A stretch of 64,000 nucleotides of DNA, from the NCBI RefSeq assembly GCF_009914755.1, contig NC_060931.1, one strand, 5' to 3'. Of this stretch, positions 28,327 to 42,260 are shown piece by piece. The DNA is from the human T2T-CHM13v2.0 reference genome, Homo sapiens. The notes under the pieces were generated by a model. It made no database searches, had not been told where the DNA came from, and saw only the letters and a program-made list of their open reading frames with translations. Both the position numbers and the translations under genes were made by a program. Numbering within the stretch: position 1 is the stretch's first letter; the number at the start of each line of letters is the position of its first letter.

Positions 28327-30051
28327 CTTGGAATTCTGCCTATCATATCAATGGAGGTCAAATGCCAGGAAAGTCAAGAATAGAAATTCAGAGAGCATAC
28401 AATCAAATACATTAAATTAGAATTCAAAACTATTCAAGAGATGGTTCAGAGTTTTGGCCATGCAGTGCATCAAATTTTCTTACTACTGCTTAATCAAGGA
28501 CATAGTGCAGAAGTAGAATGAATTGGTCTTTATTAAAATGGAACAAAGACCAGGTCGAGGAAGGAAAGGCAAAAAGGTAGAATAGATTTGGCTCTTACTG
28601 GAAGAACACTGGAGATTCAAGACGAGAAACAGGATTGTTTTAGTCCCTGAGTTAACAAAAGAGAAGAAAGATGAAACCAGAACAGTTGCCAATGAAGGAG
28701 CAGTGAAGTGGAAAGGCAGAATGGAGTGAGTGTGGAGAGCACTTTTCTGAAGAGAATAAACTTAGTTATCAGATGAAAAGAGATATATAATTAGCTTTGT
28801 CCTTATAAATTTTGAGGTAACTTACTATGGAAATACTTTTTCTTATCAGTTAATTAATTTGGGGGGAGGTAGCACAATCCTTTGAAATTCCAATAAGTAG
28901 AAAACTACTTATTGGAATTTCAATGACCTCAAGATGAAGCCTTGAAAAAGAAATGTCTGTTAGAATCCAGTTAACAGGAGAACACCTACTGTGACTATTA
29001 TCAGCAAGTTGGTGAAAACTTCCTGAAGAAGAAATGTGGGATGATACAGAAACTAACTAAAGTCTCGGAACAGCAAATAGTTTCTCCTCTTGTGAATTAA
29101 TTCACCTTCCACAATTAAGCAGAGATAACTCAGGGTACCTCAAATACTTATGAGCTTCACAGAAATGAATTGCTACCAAATTCCATTGATGGAGGAAGAT
29201 AAGAAAATGATCAAAGAAAATGTACCTTCAGAGAAGAAGAATTGTTGAGAAGGTAGCAGTCCTTTCTCCTTTCTCTTTCCATGAGGTAGTTGCTATTCAT
29301 TACTTTATGATGGGGACTGGGAACACAAGAATCACCACTCATGGATTAATGAATTCAAGATCTATACTTTCCATTTTGATTCCAAATTTGAACTTAAATT
29401 TATTCAGGACACCAACTGAACACTTCTACCTAAAGGTAAAACTCATATCATATTTCCCTCCCAAGATGCATTTCCTCTGAGTTCCTGACTTGACAGAGTC
29501 ATTTGTTTGTACAATATATGAACACTGAGAGTCATGCCACATTTCTTTCTCTTTTGCCCTGGACATCCAATTTTTATGCAAGCACTTTCATTTCTAATTC
29601 CTAAATATCTTAGTTCTTTGTTTGCTATCTCAATCACTGCAACCACTGACATGTTTATGCCCATTTTACTAGCTTACCAAATAAATATAAAAGGTCTCAT
29701 TAATCTCTCTAGTTCCTTATTAATCCTCATTTCATCTAATCTAGTATTATTAGTATACCCAAGTATAATCTTCCAAATTGCAAAGATCTGTTTCTATCAC
29801 TCTTTCTGCAGCATCCTTCAGTGGCTCCCCCATGGTCTACAATATATACAATCTAAGTTTATTAAAATGAAAAAAATTATGACTATCCCTTTAATATTTT
29901 GAAAAAAGGAAAATTAGTCCTTTACCAGAAAAAAATAGCACTGTATTATAATGTCAAGTTCACACTAGAGTCTAGGATGGTATCAAAGAGCTCTATATTT
30001 TTCTTCTTGAGTCACTTTGATATCCTCCCACAGTAAGACCACTATAGTTGG

Positions 30052-30427
30052 TGTATTAGTCTGTTCTCACACTGCTATGAAGAAATACCCAAGACTGTGT
30101 AATTTATAAAGCAAAGAGGGTTAATTGATTCACAGTTCCACATTGCTGGGGAGGCATCAGAAAACTTACAATCATGGTGGAGGGCAAAAGAAGCAGACAC
30201 CTTCTTCACAGGGTGGCAGGATGGAGTGAGTGCCAGCAGGGGAAATGCCAGATGCTTATAAAACCTTCAGATCTCGTGAGACTCACTCATTATCATGAGA
30301 ACAGCATGGAGGAAACTGGTCCCACGATTTAATTACCTACACCTGGTGCCACACTTGACACCTGTGGATTATGGAGATTATAATTCAAGGTAAAATTTAG
30401 ATGGGGACACAGAGCCAAACCATATCA
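30052..30427 (-). mobile_element. THE1D/MSTA-type solo LTR
   Basis: tgtattagtctgttctcacactgct ... agccaaaccatatca; TSD GTTGG. Confidence 0.88.
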
Positions 30428-30469
30428 GTTGGGTACTGAGGAGGACATACTGTATTAATCATGCCTTCT

Positions 30470-31470
30470 TATTGTCTGTATTTTCTAATGTTTTGACATC
30501 CATATTTTCTGATGTTTTGACATCTGAGGACTTGCTGATCTTGGAGGGACTGACCCTCTCAGTGTTAACTCATTCCTAGGGATAGCAAACTACTTTCCCT
30601 AGAGCATGCCTTTCATACCAAATCAACCAATCCAAAGCCTCTACTCCAAACCACCTCCTTTATTGGGCTCTCATACTCTAAGCCCCTATTCTCCTACCCT
30701 AATTACCACAGGGCCAGGTACTAAACAACTTGAGATAATCCCTACACTTTGGAGCCTGCTCAAATTTTTAAACTAGCCCATGCTAAGCCTACTTAGCCTG
30801 TGTACCCTGCCTCCCTCATTCGTTCAGTGAAAACCACAATAAAGGTTCTTGCCAATGTTTCCTGTCACTCCTTCTATCTTCTGACCCACTGTTGTGATTC
30901 TTATTGCTATGATATTTTTTCTAACTTGGTCTTGAGGTCTCTCTTTTTAGACTAGCCATAAACCAATATAGCCATTCTCTAGGAGACCTCTGACTCAGGG
31001 GAGGGGGAGTTAAATTCAGGTGTGAGTGTCAGGTGAGACACAGTGGAGCAAGTGAAAACAAAATGCATGAAAGGAAGAAATTTATTACTCACAGAACCCA
31101 AAGAGGTTAGAGAGGCCTAAGAGAAGTGTGAAGATGGCAGGAGCTCATCCAGTTTGGGAGGGAAGGGAGGGTACAGGCAAAGGCAGGAGGAGGGGGTGGG
31201 CGAGGCCAGTGGAACTATTCCTTAGGCTTTCCTATGGGGGTTATGAGTCAGCTACTTTAAAGAAAACGTTTCAGAAGGAGAAAACTTACTTGCAGGACTC
31301 TAGCATTGGCCATTAGGCTTTATCATGGTCAGCAGCTCTGGAGTGTGCTGGGTTTTGGGTCAGGGGAATGAGAAATAGACCATATAGCCGACAACCACAT
31401 AGGGAGAAGTTTTAACTGGGGCAACGACGACAGGGTATGACTGGGTTTCAAATAATTTGTTTCAGGCCTT
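30470..31470. mobile_element. Nested ERV1 LTR fragments (MER39/MER34-like plus a second LTR)
   Basis: ttgacatctgaggacttgctgatcttggagggactg...aaccacaataaagg; second LTR with tttattactcacag. Confidence 0.5.
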
Positions 31471-31481
31471 AAAAAAAATTG

Positions 31482-31890
<409 letters not shown>

Positions 31891-32899
31891 TTAGCTCTAC
31901 CATACTTGAATAATAATAGCACTCATATTCTAAAACACTTGCTTCTTATGAGTAGGAAGAATGGGTCACTGCTTCAGAATCCCAGACATGTCCAGGAGGA
32001 GGTGAAAACCAAATGAGCAGATCATACCCAGCCTGATTGAAACACACACAATATAGTCAGCCCTTTGTCTCTATGTATTCACCAACTCTTCAAGTACACC
32101 TATGTATAGCATGCTGACAAACTCTGTCTTCTTCAATCTGCTAAATCATTTTCCACTTTCCTACATTGCTGTGGGCCAGGAGAGCCCTGGGTGTAGTGGA
32201 AAGTGGGGAGTGATTAAATCCATCTAGGAAGGAGATGGGTGGGTGAAAAAAAGTGTGTAACATATACAAAGGTTTCTATGATTACAAGCCTACTATGAAA
32301 TCCAGTCACACCTACCACTCACAGTCCCACTTACTTTGCTCTAAGCCACACTGAACTCTATCTCCAAACATGCTGTGCATAATATTTCCCTTACACAGCA
32401 CACCTGCAAATTCCTTTCAAATATAACTTAAAACAATAGCACTACATGAAATGTGCCATTTTCCCAAGAAGATTGTAGACTCTTTCCCCTGTATTCTCCA
32501 TAGCTTACACAATTCTCCCTTTCTACAAATACCAAATTATCATGTTTATTGGTATAGTGATCTTACCATGGGCCTACAAAATCCATGTGGTCAAATGCCA
32601 CGCCTTTCCATTATTCCTTCCCCAGAATCTTCTCCTATGCATGACATCCATGTTTAATGAATGATCAGACACAATTAATATGGGAACAGGGATGCTGACT
32701 TCTGTGTTTATGCCTCTATTCTCAGGGTCTGAAACAGCACCTGATATTTAACAGGTGTTCATTATGTGGCTGTTAAAAAAAAAAAATCAGCAATGTCTAC
32801 AATGATTTGATCCTGGGTTTGCCTCTTCTCTCCTTCTTCCTCCAAAGTATATTTCTTAAATTTAACAACCCTTGCCTTCCTTTTCTGTCTAAGGGCTAC

Positions 32900-33360
32900 T
32901 GGTAGGTAGGATAATGACTCCGAAAGGTGTCTATGTCCTAAACCTCAGAACCTGTAAATATGTTACCATACATAATAAAAGATAATTAAGTTTGTAGATA
33001 GTTTAGTGTGCTAATTAGCTAACCTTGAGGCAGGGAGATTATCCTGACTCATGCAGGTGGGCTCAGTATAAACACATAGGTACATAAAAGTGTATGGACT
33101 ATGGTGAGAGTGATGTGACAACTTTACCTGCTGTTGCTGCTGAAGATAATGAAAGGGGCCACAAGTCAAGGAATGTGGGAGGCCTCTAGAAGCTAGAAGA
33201 GAAAAAAGAAAACATTCTCTCCTAGAGCCTCCAAAGAGCAAACTGCCAATGAGACCGACCCTGGACTTCCAACCAAAAGAACTGTAAGATAATAAGTTTG
33301 CGTTGTTTTAAGCCACTAATTTGCAGTAATAGGATACAGCAGTAAGAGAAAACTATTATA
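32900..33360 (+). mobile_element. MLT1-type MaLR LTR
   Basis: gggagattatcctg, ctctagaagctag, agaactgtaagataataagtttg...tttaagccactaatttg. Confidence 0.7.
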
Positions 33361-33486
33361 AGGCTCTATTTCCAAGCAGCTGAAAAAAGGCAGCTGATGA
33401 AAGAAGTTGTGCCGGGAAGTAGCCTAAGAGGCAAAAGTACAAAGGCAGGAGTTTGAATCAGACGATGCCACTTTTAAGGGTGGATT

Positions 33487-35735
33487 TGTCAGAGACATGT
33501 GAACCACAGCAACTCCATCTTAAATAGGAGCTGGGTAAAATAAGGTTGACACCTACTGGGCTGCATTCCCAGATGGTGAAGGCATTCTAAGTCACAGGAT
33601 GAGATAGGAGGTCAGCACAAGATACGGGTCGTAAAGACCCTGCTGATGAAACAGGCTGTAGTAAAGACGCTGGCCAAAACCCACCGAAACCAAAATAGTC
33701 CCAAGAGTGACCTCTGGTCGTCCTCCCTGCTACACTCCCACCAGTGCTATGACACAAATGCCATGACATCAGGAAGTTACCCTGTATGTTCTAAAAAGGG
33801 GAAGCATGAATAATCCATCCCTTGTTTAGCATATAAAAGGATATAACCATAAAAATAGGCCACAAGCAGCCCTCAGGGCTACTCTATCTATAGAGAAGCT
33901 ATTCTTTTATTCCTTTATTTTCCTAATAAACTTGCTTTCACTTTATGCTATGGACTCCCCCTGAATTCTTTCTTGCTTGAGATTCAAGAATCCTCTCTTG
34001 GGGTCTGGATAAGGAGCCTTTCCTGTAACAGCTTTCTGGTGATGATGAAGGGACTGTAGTGAGGAAACCCTGGAAAGAAAGGATAACTTTGGGTAAGTGT
34101 TGGGGTCCTGTAACATCTTCCTGGCAAACCCTGAAGGGATGATACTAAGACGACCTCCCCCCAACCCAAGGAAATAGACTGCAGCACCGATTGGACAACT
34201 TTGGGTAAGTGGTGGAGTACCTACCCAGGTAAAGAATGGGATTGGGATAGAGGCTCAACTTAGGGGAGTTAGAGTCTCTCCTAAGACAGAGAGGGTTAAA
34301 GGCCCCTCTTAATAAAAGGCAAGGACACTTGAATGACCTTGGGTTAGAGGCCCGATTTAGGAGGATTAGAATCCCTTTCCAAGATTTAGGGGGTTAGTGG
34401 CCCTTCTTAGAAAGTCTGTCTTGGTAAAGTCCTTTCGGGCTAAGAACGGGTTTTGCACTACAGGATGTTAACTGCTATTCTCTTTGGATTAATCTGCCTT
34501 CAACTCCTTGCTGACAGCTGTGTGTAACAGGATTAGGCATGTACAGGATCATGGGACATGGGGAACTATTTTCTCCCTAAAACAGAAAACTTGAGAGCTG
34601 ATGGGACTGCTGGAAAAGATCCTTCACAACCATCATGCGGCCACCTGAACCGTTCAGTGTCACTGCAATGGGTGGGTCTTTCTCTGGTGTCTCCGAGTGC
34701 CTCCCCTTCCCCACCCTGCCTCAGGCAGTGCTTTCTTCTTTCTCTGTTTCTCTGTCTCTCTCTTTTTCTCCTTGCAAACTGGTTGAATTAATGGTAAAAG
34801 TAACTGTCTCCTATAAAGTTTTGATTAATGGAAGAAAGGGTTTTTGAGGCTAGACTTAAGCTGTAGCAAATCTGATGTGCTTTGTGTGTTTTTCTGTATT
34901 ATTCTGTCATAAAGAGGGGTACCTTATGATAGAACACTGGCTGAGGACACTTGTAAACTGCTTTTCAAGACAGACCAGCAAACTGGTCAGTTACAAACTT
35001 TGCTGTAGGTTCCTGAGAAAAATTGGATGAGATTTTTTTCTTGTCTTGCATGTCCTTGGGAGCTTGAAGCTGTAACCATGTGGCCATGTTTTCGCTTTTC
35101 ACAATGGCATCCTGTGTTCAGGGTTCTATTCCTGCCTCAGGGGATGAGTTTTTTTATATTCCTATGTGTATGTATTTACATGTATTATGTGTATGTGATG
35201 TTTATTTCTAAAAGAGCATTGATTAATGGGTTTAATGAGAGCTTAAATCAAATATTTTGTCAGAAAAGTAAAAAGTGTAGTGCCTTTTAGTTCACGTGAC
35301 TTTAATTTTCCAGAAATAAGGACAGTTTTGAAGATTATTGATAAAATAAAAATATCTTCAAAAATGTAAACATTTGGCTTAAATTAGGCAGGACACATAT
35401 TAAGACTGCTAAATGCTTGAAGGTCATAAACTGCTTCTTTAACTTTTGAAAAATTTTTAATTAACCTACCTTGAAGCCATTAGATTCTAGATAAGACCTG
35501 GGGACATGTGGAGTTAGCCACGCCCCCTAGCTATGCTGGAGTCAGCCTTTATCTGCACTTCTGCCTGGTGTGTCCAAGGCTAGGCTCCACACCTAGTACA
35601 TAATTAAAATCCTGAATTTAGCAACTTTTCGTGAAAAACCTTGGTAAGAGTCAACATTATAACATGTAATTGATACTACTGAAGAAACAGTTTTATATGC
35701 AAATTGTGTAAAGAAAGTGAAATGCATTTTTCATT

Positions 35736-35783
<48 letters not shown>

Positions 35784-38678
35784 ATGGGAATTTAGATTTT
35801 TGCCTAGATTAAAGCATTAAAGGATCGTTTCAAGTTAGGATGAAGCTGACTGTTCAAGAAAGCTGTGGAAGGCTTATGAAAAAAATAACCATAAAAGAGA
35901 TTCTGTGTGCGAACATTGGCTAAAATTAAAGGGGTGTTATTCAGTTATTCTAGAAACTGAACATTGGAATAAAAGCACTATTCTACTCTTTAACAAAAAC
36001 TTGTAAAGGGTTATAAAAGGTTTATAAAAACCTTACCTTATGGTCAACATGATTAAGATTGAATACATTTGTCTATAAGGTTTTACTAAGAATTGGGTTT
36101 GACATCAATAATGCATGAATACAGCAGTGACATTTGGCTTATTTAATATTACAGTCATACAAGAAGCATTATCAAATACAAAATGGCATTTGGTTTTTTT
36201 GGGCTGTATTTGTATAAATGTGTCATTGGTACATGTTCCAAAATTATTTTAAAAAAAACTTCTTTAACCCTGATATGACTTAGTGTATGCTATTAATAAT
36301 TGTTAATTAAAATCATTGCATGCCACAGAGTCAACCACATTTTTCTAGTCAATTTTGGCTTTAATTGTGGCTGTTCTAAGACTTTTGGTCATCCAGACAA
36401 TTGTCTCATATTAGTTCTCTGTAAAAGGTGGTTTAGAATTAAATGTAGGACTCTAGAAAACTGTGCTTTTAAATGCAGATTTTCTGATAAATTTGGACAT
36501 TGTGACATCAGAACAGAGGAAAACCTTTCAGGACTCAGGGAGAGCTGAAATGTTCATGAATATCAAGCAGAACAGAAGTTAACTGCATGGACTAAACTAG
36601 CAAAAGTCTAACGTGTAAAATGTTTTCTCCCTAAAACAGAAAACTTGAGAGCTGATGGGACCGCTGGAAAAGATCCTTCACAACCATCACGTGGCCACCT
36701 GAACTGTTCAGTGTCACTGCAACGGGTGGGTCTTTCTCTGTTGTCTCCGAGTGCCTCCTCTTCCCCACCCTGCCTCAGGCAATGCTTTCCTCTTTAACTT
36801 TTTGTGTAAAATGTTGCTGATCTTTTGTTTTGTGTTTCAGAGTCAAGGAAACTTTTGAGCTATTACAGCTTTTAGCAATTGAGTAAAGTATACATGTGTG
36901 AACAAAATTGAGAGCATATTTTTTTCTCTTTACTTGATTTCTCCAGATTTTGGAAACTCATTGTGAATAGTCTCAATTTATGGCAATATAGTTATTTGCA
37001 TGAGTGTAATAAGAATCTGTTGGGTTTTTGTTTTGTTTTGTTTTATTATTATTATTATTATTATTATTTTTGATAACAAGACACAATTGGAGAAACTGGT
37101 TATTTTACCAAGACTTTGATGGAATGGTATACTCTAAGGAATCAAACTTGACTTGCCAAGTCAATAAAAGCCCCTTGGGGAACTGGCCTCAGACCTTTGA
37201 TACAACAGTCCATGTACATGATTTCTGACCTGTGGTAAGTAAACAATGTCACCTTCTAACAGGTCCAGGAGCCCCAAGTTATCTTGGGACCCCAAGAGGA
37301 GAGGAATTTACTCAGCTCATAGGTATTTGAGGATACAAACCCATGGTAGGGCGCGGCTTAAAAAGAGTCTTATCCAAGATTCCTTCTAAGAAACAAAGTT
37401 CCATCAAAACCAGTGTTAAAAGTCTATGTGAAAAATAATTATTCTTGCTGTACTTTATATAAATAATCAGGCCAAGTATAATAAAACAAATTGGTCTTAC
37501 CATGACTTATCTTTAGTGAAAATGGAAAACAGGAGAAAGAATATTACGTTTCAAGACCTATGTTACACTTGGTATTAAATTCTAGTCTCATCAGTTGTTG
37601 TTTGTTTATGCAGTTTAGGCTAACCCTGCTTATTCCTATGAACCAACCAGTGATCTTTGCCTGCTACTCTGAAAAAACAAGGCATTTTGGTAATGTAAAA
37701 ATCTGGATTTCATTCTAATTCTGGGCATGTACTGGAATTGCCTAGCCACCTCATGTCAGCTTGGTTCCAGTAGTTGCCCAGTTCATGAAGAGCCTTCTAA
37801 TTTAGTTTACTTGGGATACTTTTGCTTATTTTGTTATATTGCTGTTTTACTCTTTGTGTAGGAATGCAGACTAAGCTTACTAAATGTTTTCTTAAACCGA
37901 ATACTTATTAATCTTTCAGATATCACCTTTCGTCAGGACTCAAGAGTTCTGAATGGCCTTCATCATACTGAAGCTTTCTGACTGAGCTCCTCTTTACCCT
38001 GAACACAAGAGACCATAATAGTCAGGCAGAAATATCATTGCCCCTATTCAGCCTGAAGAAGTTACAGAAGATGAATCTTTGTCCTTCTACAACCTTAGGA
38101 TTAAGGGTTCTTTTATAAAAGGGAAGGAGGAAATGTCTAAGACATATGAACTAGAGCAACTTCATCCTGAATAGGAGCTGAGTAAAATAAGGCTGAAACC
38201 TACTGGGCTGCATCCTCAGACAGTTAAGGCATTCTAAGTCACAGGATGAGATAAGAGGTCAGCACAAGATACAGGTCCTTAAAACCTTGCTGATAAAACA
38301 GGTTGCAGAAAGAAGCCGGCTAAAACCCACCAAAACCAATATGGCCATGGGAGTGACTGCTGGTCGTCCTCACTGCTACACTCCCACCAGCACCATAATA
38401 GTTTACAAATGCCATAGTAACATCAGGATATAACCCCATATGGCCTAAAAAGGGGAGGCTTAAATAATGCACCCCTTGCTTAGCATATAATCAAGAAATA
38501 ACCATAAAAATAGGCAACCAGCAGCCCTCAGGGCTGCTCTGTCTTTGGAGTAGCCATTCTCTTATTCCTCTTTCTTAATAAACTTGCTTTCACTTTACTC
38601 AGACTCCCCATGAATTCTTTCTTGCACAAGATCCAAGAACCCTCTCTTGAAGTCTGATTGGGACTTTTTCTTGTGACA
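33487..38678 (+). mobile_element. MER41A provirus (LTR 33487-34030, non-coding MER41-int, LTR 38134-38678)
   Basis: LTRs match the recalled MER41A consensus (ctactgggctgcattcccaga..ggcattctaagtcacaggatgagataggagg); TSD GATT; PPT aaaagggaaggagg. Confidence 0.9.
35740..35778. repeat. (TA)n microsatellite
   Basis: About 19 perfect TA units. Confidence 0.95.
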
Positions 38679-39424
38679 GATTCTGCCAGTTTCTGTTCTT
38701 GGCAGGTTCCATTTCTACAAATTCCTCATCTCTACAGGTTTAGGATCAGAATGTTCCAGCAGGGAGCACTACAGCTGTTTCAATCTTCAGGGAGACTACT
38801 CATCTTGGGAATAATTCCTTCCTTTGTCCTGTCAGCATAATGTGTATGGACCCTGCTAAGCAGCACCCAGTCATGAAAGTGCTGCCACCGAGGAAGGTAA
38901 GGAGGTTATGACAAAAAACACAGAACGTGACCCTTTGAACAGCAGGAGAGTAGAAACCGTTCTTGTCATCAGAAATTTCAGAGAGGAAGCTCACTCACTG
39001 TCCAGCTTCCCTCCCACACAATGGAAGCATAAAAATGGAAACCCATTTTGCACAAGAAATTAGCACGTTGCCCCTCAAGAGAATTATATCCTATGTTTGT
39101 TTCTGTAGGAGTGTCTAAACAGTTAAAACCATGTACCATTCACAAAAATCTATACATAAAACATGAATGTTTAGAAAGTGAACACATATAGAATGATATT
39201 TGTTTCAATTTAAGATGCCAACCTGGATACAAGTACACATTCAGTTTGACTAAAATTGCTGTAATAATAATCTAAAAGCAAAACTAAAGAAGGGTAGAAA
39301 AAGGAAGGTAACAGATTCCTGCCATTGATAATGGAAATCATAGCATGTAAACAAAGCCAATCCTGCTTGGGAAGTTCACCCTGAGCCTGCAAGGAATGTG
39401 GGGAGGCAGCATGGGGCGCCTGGA

Positions 39425-40156
39425 TGTTACAGGTAGTTAGTTAGGCATGAGTGGGGCAGGAGAGGGCTCCCTTCCCCCCACCGCCCAGAATGTCAGACAA
39501 TCTGGTATTGATTCAGAGATTATAACGTTGCCTCTCTAATAATAATGCATAATTCAGCAGCCTGAGATAGGGAGGTACAATCTCTTGCTGATCCACAGCT
39601 GTTAACATTAAAGTGTCAATTGAATGCAGGCACCAAGGAGAAGCAAAGAAGGTTTCCAATAAAATCTCAGGTATTGGGCAGGTGAACCCAGGTATGTGCA
39701 TTGAGAGACAAAAGGGTGGAGTACGACCTTCCAGGGACACTCCAACAGAAACAGGAAGAAAGCGTCAGATGGGCATGCATACAACTTCCTAAACACACTG
39801 CGCATGCTCACTTCCGAAGTGTAAGGAGGGCACTGTGCATTCGGGCAGCCTATCCTAAGGGGAGAATAATGAGAAAGGGGCACAAGATGGCCGCCTATGA
39901 AGTCCCAGGATCAAGGTTAAATGCCGCACTTGTTCTTCAAGTCACCTGCTTGGATCTCTTCCAAGTGTTCTTTCTTTTCTTCCCTGTTCTAAAGCCTTTT
40001 TAATAAGCTTCTACTCCTGCTCTAAAACTTGTCTTGGTCTCTTTTTCTGCTCTATGACCCTCAGTGGAATTTTCTTCTGAGGAGGCAAGAACTGAGGTTG
40101 CTGCAGACCAGCAAGGATTCACTGCTGATAACTCAAGATACCTTCCACCAGTAACT
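39425..40156 (+). mobile_element. MER50-like ERV1 solo LTR
   Basis: tgttacaggtagttagttaggcatgagtggggcaggagagggctcc...; TSD TGGA. Confidence 0.8.
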
Positions 40157-40666
40157 TGGAGATGACACCAAGAGACAACACAGGCAAAGGAAAGTGTATT
40201 AATTCTGTTTTAGGTGTAGAAACTGGAGTGATTGGAAAATAATTCCTAAAAGAAATTGAAAAGTCAAATTGTCAAGCAGTAAGTTCACCATCACATTTAC
40301 CATAAAGCATGTAGAGAAATGGAAATATTTACACATCATAGTTGAGAGTGCAGGATTTGCAGTCAGACAGTTTCTGGCACTTAGTAGCTTTAGAAAGTGA
40401 CTTAAGCCCTCTAAGCCCTCAGTTTTCACATCTATAAAATGAAGTAAATAATATAAGCCTCTCAGAAGTGGGGTGAGGGTTGAATGAAACAATATGTGAG
40501 TAGTTTAACACAGAGACTGGCACTGACTTAAGAAAGTATTGTGATAAAAGCAGCAGTGGAGAAAATATTTTGAATAGCTGTATGCATGGCAATCCTTTAA
40601 CCTCTTTATTCATGGCAACTCATTTAATTGCCACAACAAATATGTAAGTACTTTTATTATTTCCAT

Positions 40667-40950
40667 TGTTATGGACTGAGTTGTGCTACCTTCTTCATTT
40701 CATATGTTGATGTCCTAAGTCCCAGTGCCCCATAATGTGACTGACTATATTTGGAGATGGGGTCTTTACATCGATAATTAAGTTAAAATTAGGTCATTAG
40801 GGTGGGCCCTAATTCAATATGACTGGTGTCCTTATCAGGAGGTTAGGACACAGACATGCAAAGAGGGAAGACCAGAAAGAAGGTATAGAAAAAAAAAAAT
40901 TGTTATCTACAAGCCAAGGAGAGAGGCCTCAGAAGAAACCAACTCAACAA
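40667..40950 (+). mobile_element. MLT1A-type LTR fragment
   Basis: tgttatggactgagttgtg...gggtgggccctaattcaatatgactggtgtcctta. Confidence 0.75.
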
Positions 40951-41189
40951 ATTTTAAAAGATGTATTTTGGAGAACAAAACTGTTAGAATATATTTAGAA
41001 CAGAAAAAAACCATTTCTTCTAGAACTAAGTTGGTCTAAAAGTGCATATCTTGGTAAGGCTCTGTGAGGAAATGACCTAATCTGGAGAGAAGCTGCTGGG
41101 ACACTCGTCTGTGTGTGGCCTGTGGCTCACAGGGGCAGGTATTCTCAGAACGCACATGGGATAATCACCATCCTGGTGTGTCCAGGCTC

Positions 41190-41590
41190 TGGGAACAGGC
41201 TCTTCCTCGTGGCTTTCACATGAGTTTCCTGGTGGGCTATGTAGTCACTTTTCTGCATCCTTCTTTTAAAGGCTCATGAATGTCAAAGTAACACAGACCC
41301 TGAGATGAGGCAGGAAAGTTGTATCGGAATGTTTTCAGACTATCAACCAGACCAAACGTTCTGGAATCCATAAGATCCAGGGCTGGGGATAAATTTAATC
41401 TATTAATTATTCTTCTGAAGTTGGCAGCTTTGAAAAAGATGCCCTGAGTCAGCATAGTCATTCTAACCAAAAAGAAAAAAGGGAAAAAATAATCATCTTT
41501 CCCAACCCTTAAATCGTCCAGCACTAACCAGACTCTGAGACCCTCTGCAGCAGCAGCCTATCAGTGCAGCCACATCCTCTCTGAGCGGAT
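41190..41590 (+). pseudogene. TRBVB: TRBVB relic V pseudogene (TRBV28-like)
   Basis: Leader remnant gggaacaggctcttcctcgtggcttt; V exon aatgtcaaagtaacacagaccctgagat...taagatccagggctgggg...ccagcactaaccagac...tgcagcagcagcc; RSS partly deleted (agtgcagccacatcctctctg). Confidence 0.85.
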
Positions 41591-41747
41591 ATGACAAACC
41601 CCAGGGTTGAAGCGACCTAACCTATGAGCCGCCACACACACTCAAGATGCCCCAGACACCCTGCACTCCGATCTTACTCGTTCCTTTACTGTTTTCATCC
41701 TAATTGCCCTCTTACACATTTGACCACACATTTTTGGTCTTGGTGGT

Positions 41748-42237
41748 TGTATTAGTTTTCTGTTGCTACTATACAAATTGCCACCCATTTAGTGGCTTAA
41801 AACAATGCAAATGTATCACCTTACAGTTCCGTAGTTCAGAAACCAACATAGGTATCACCCAGCCAAAATCAAGGTGTCGGCAGATCTGGGTTCCTTTCTG
41901 AAGGCTCCAGGGGAGAATCGATTTTCTTACCTTATGGGTTGTTTTCCTCTATCTTCAAAGGCAGCACGTTCTGTTGCTCTGACCCTACTTGCATACTCAC
42001 AGCTCCCTCTAAACACTGCCGGGAAAGGCTCTCCACGTTTAAGGACCTGCGTGATTACATTGGACCCACCTGGGTAATCCACGAACTGCTTCCTATCTCA
42101 AGGTCGGCTGATTAGCAGCCCTAATTGCACCTGCAGCTTTAATTCCCATTTGCCATCTAACTGAACATCCACAGCTGTTACGGGTTGCAGGGATTATTAG
42201 CACCTGGACATCTTTAAGGAACCATTCAGCCCTCCAC
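41748..42237 (-). mobile_element. MLT1-type MaLR LTR
   Basis: tgtattagttttctgttgct...tagtggcttaaaacaa...cattcagccctccac. Confidence 0.75.
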
Positions 42238-42246
42238 TCCGATGTT

Positions 42247-42260
42247 CCACTAGAGGGCAC
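42247..42260 (+). promoter_or_regulatory. Candidate CTCF site
   Basis: CCACTAGAGGGCAC closely matches the CTCF core CCASYAGRKGGCRS. Confidence 0.65.

Noticed and set aside
33487-34030. MER41 LTRs as interferon-gamma/STAT1 enhancers
   Set aside because: These are MER41A-type; I see no tandem TTCCGGGAA GAS motifs, which characterise MER41B, in either LTR
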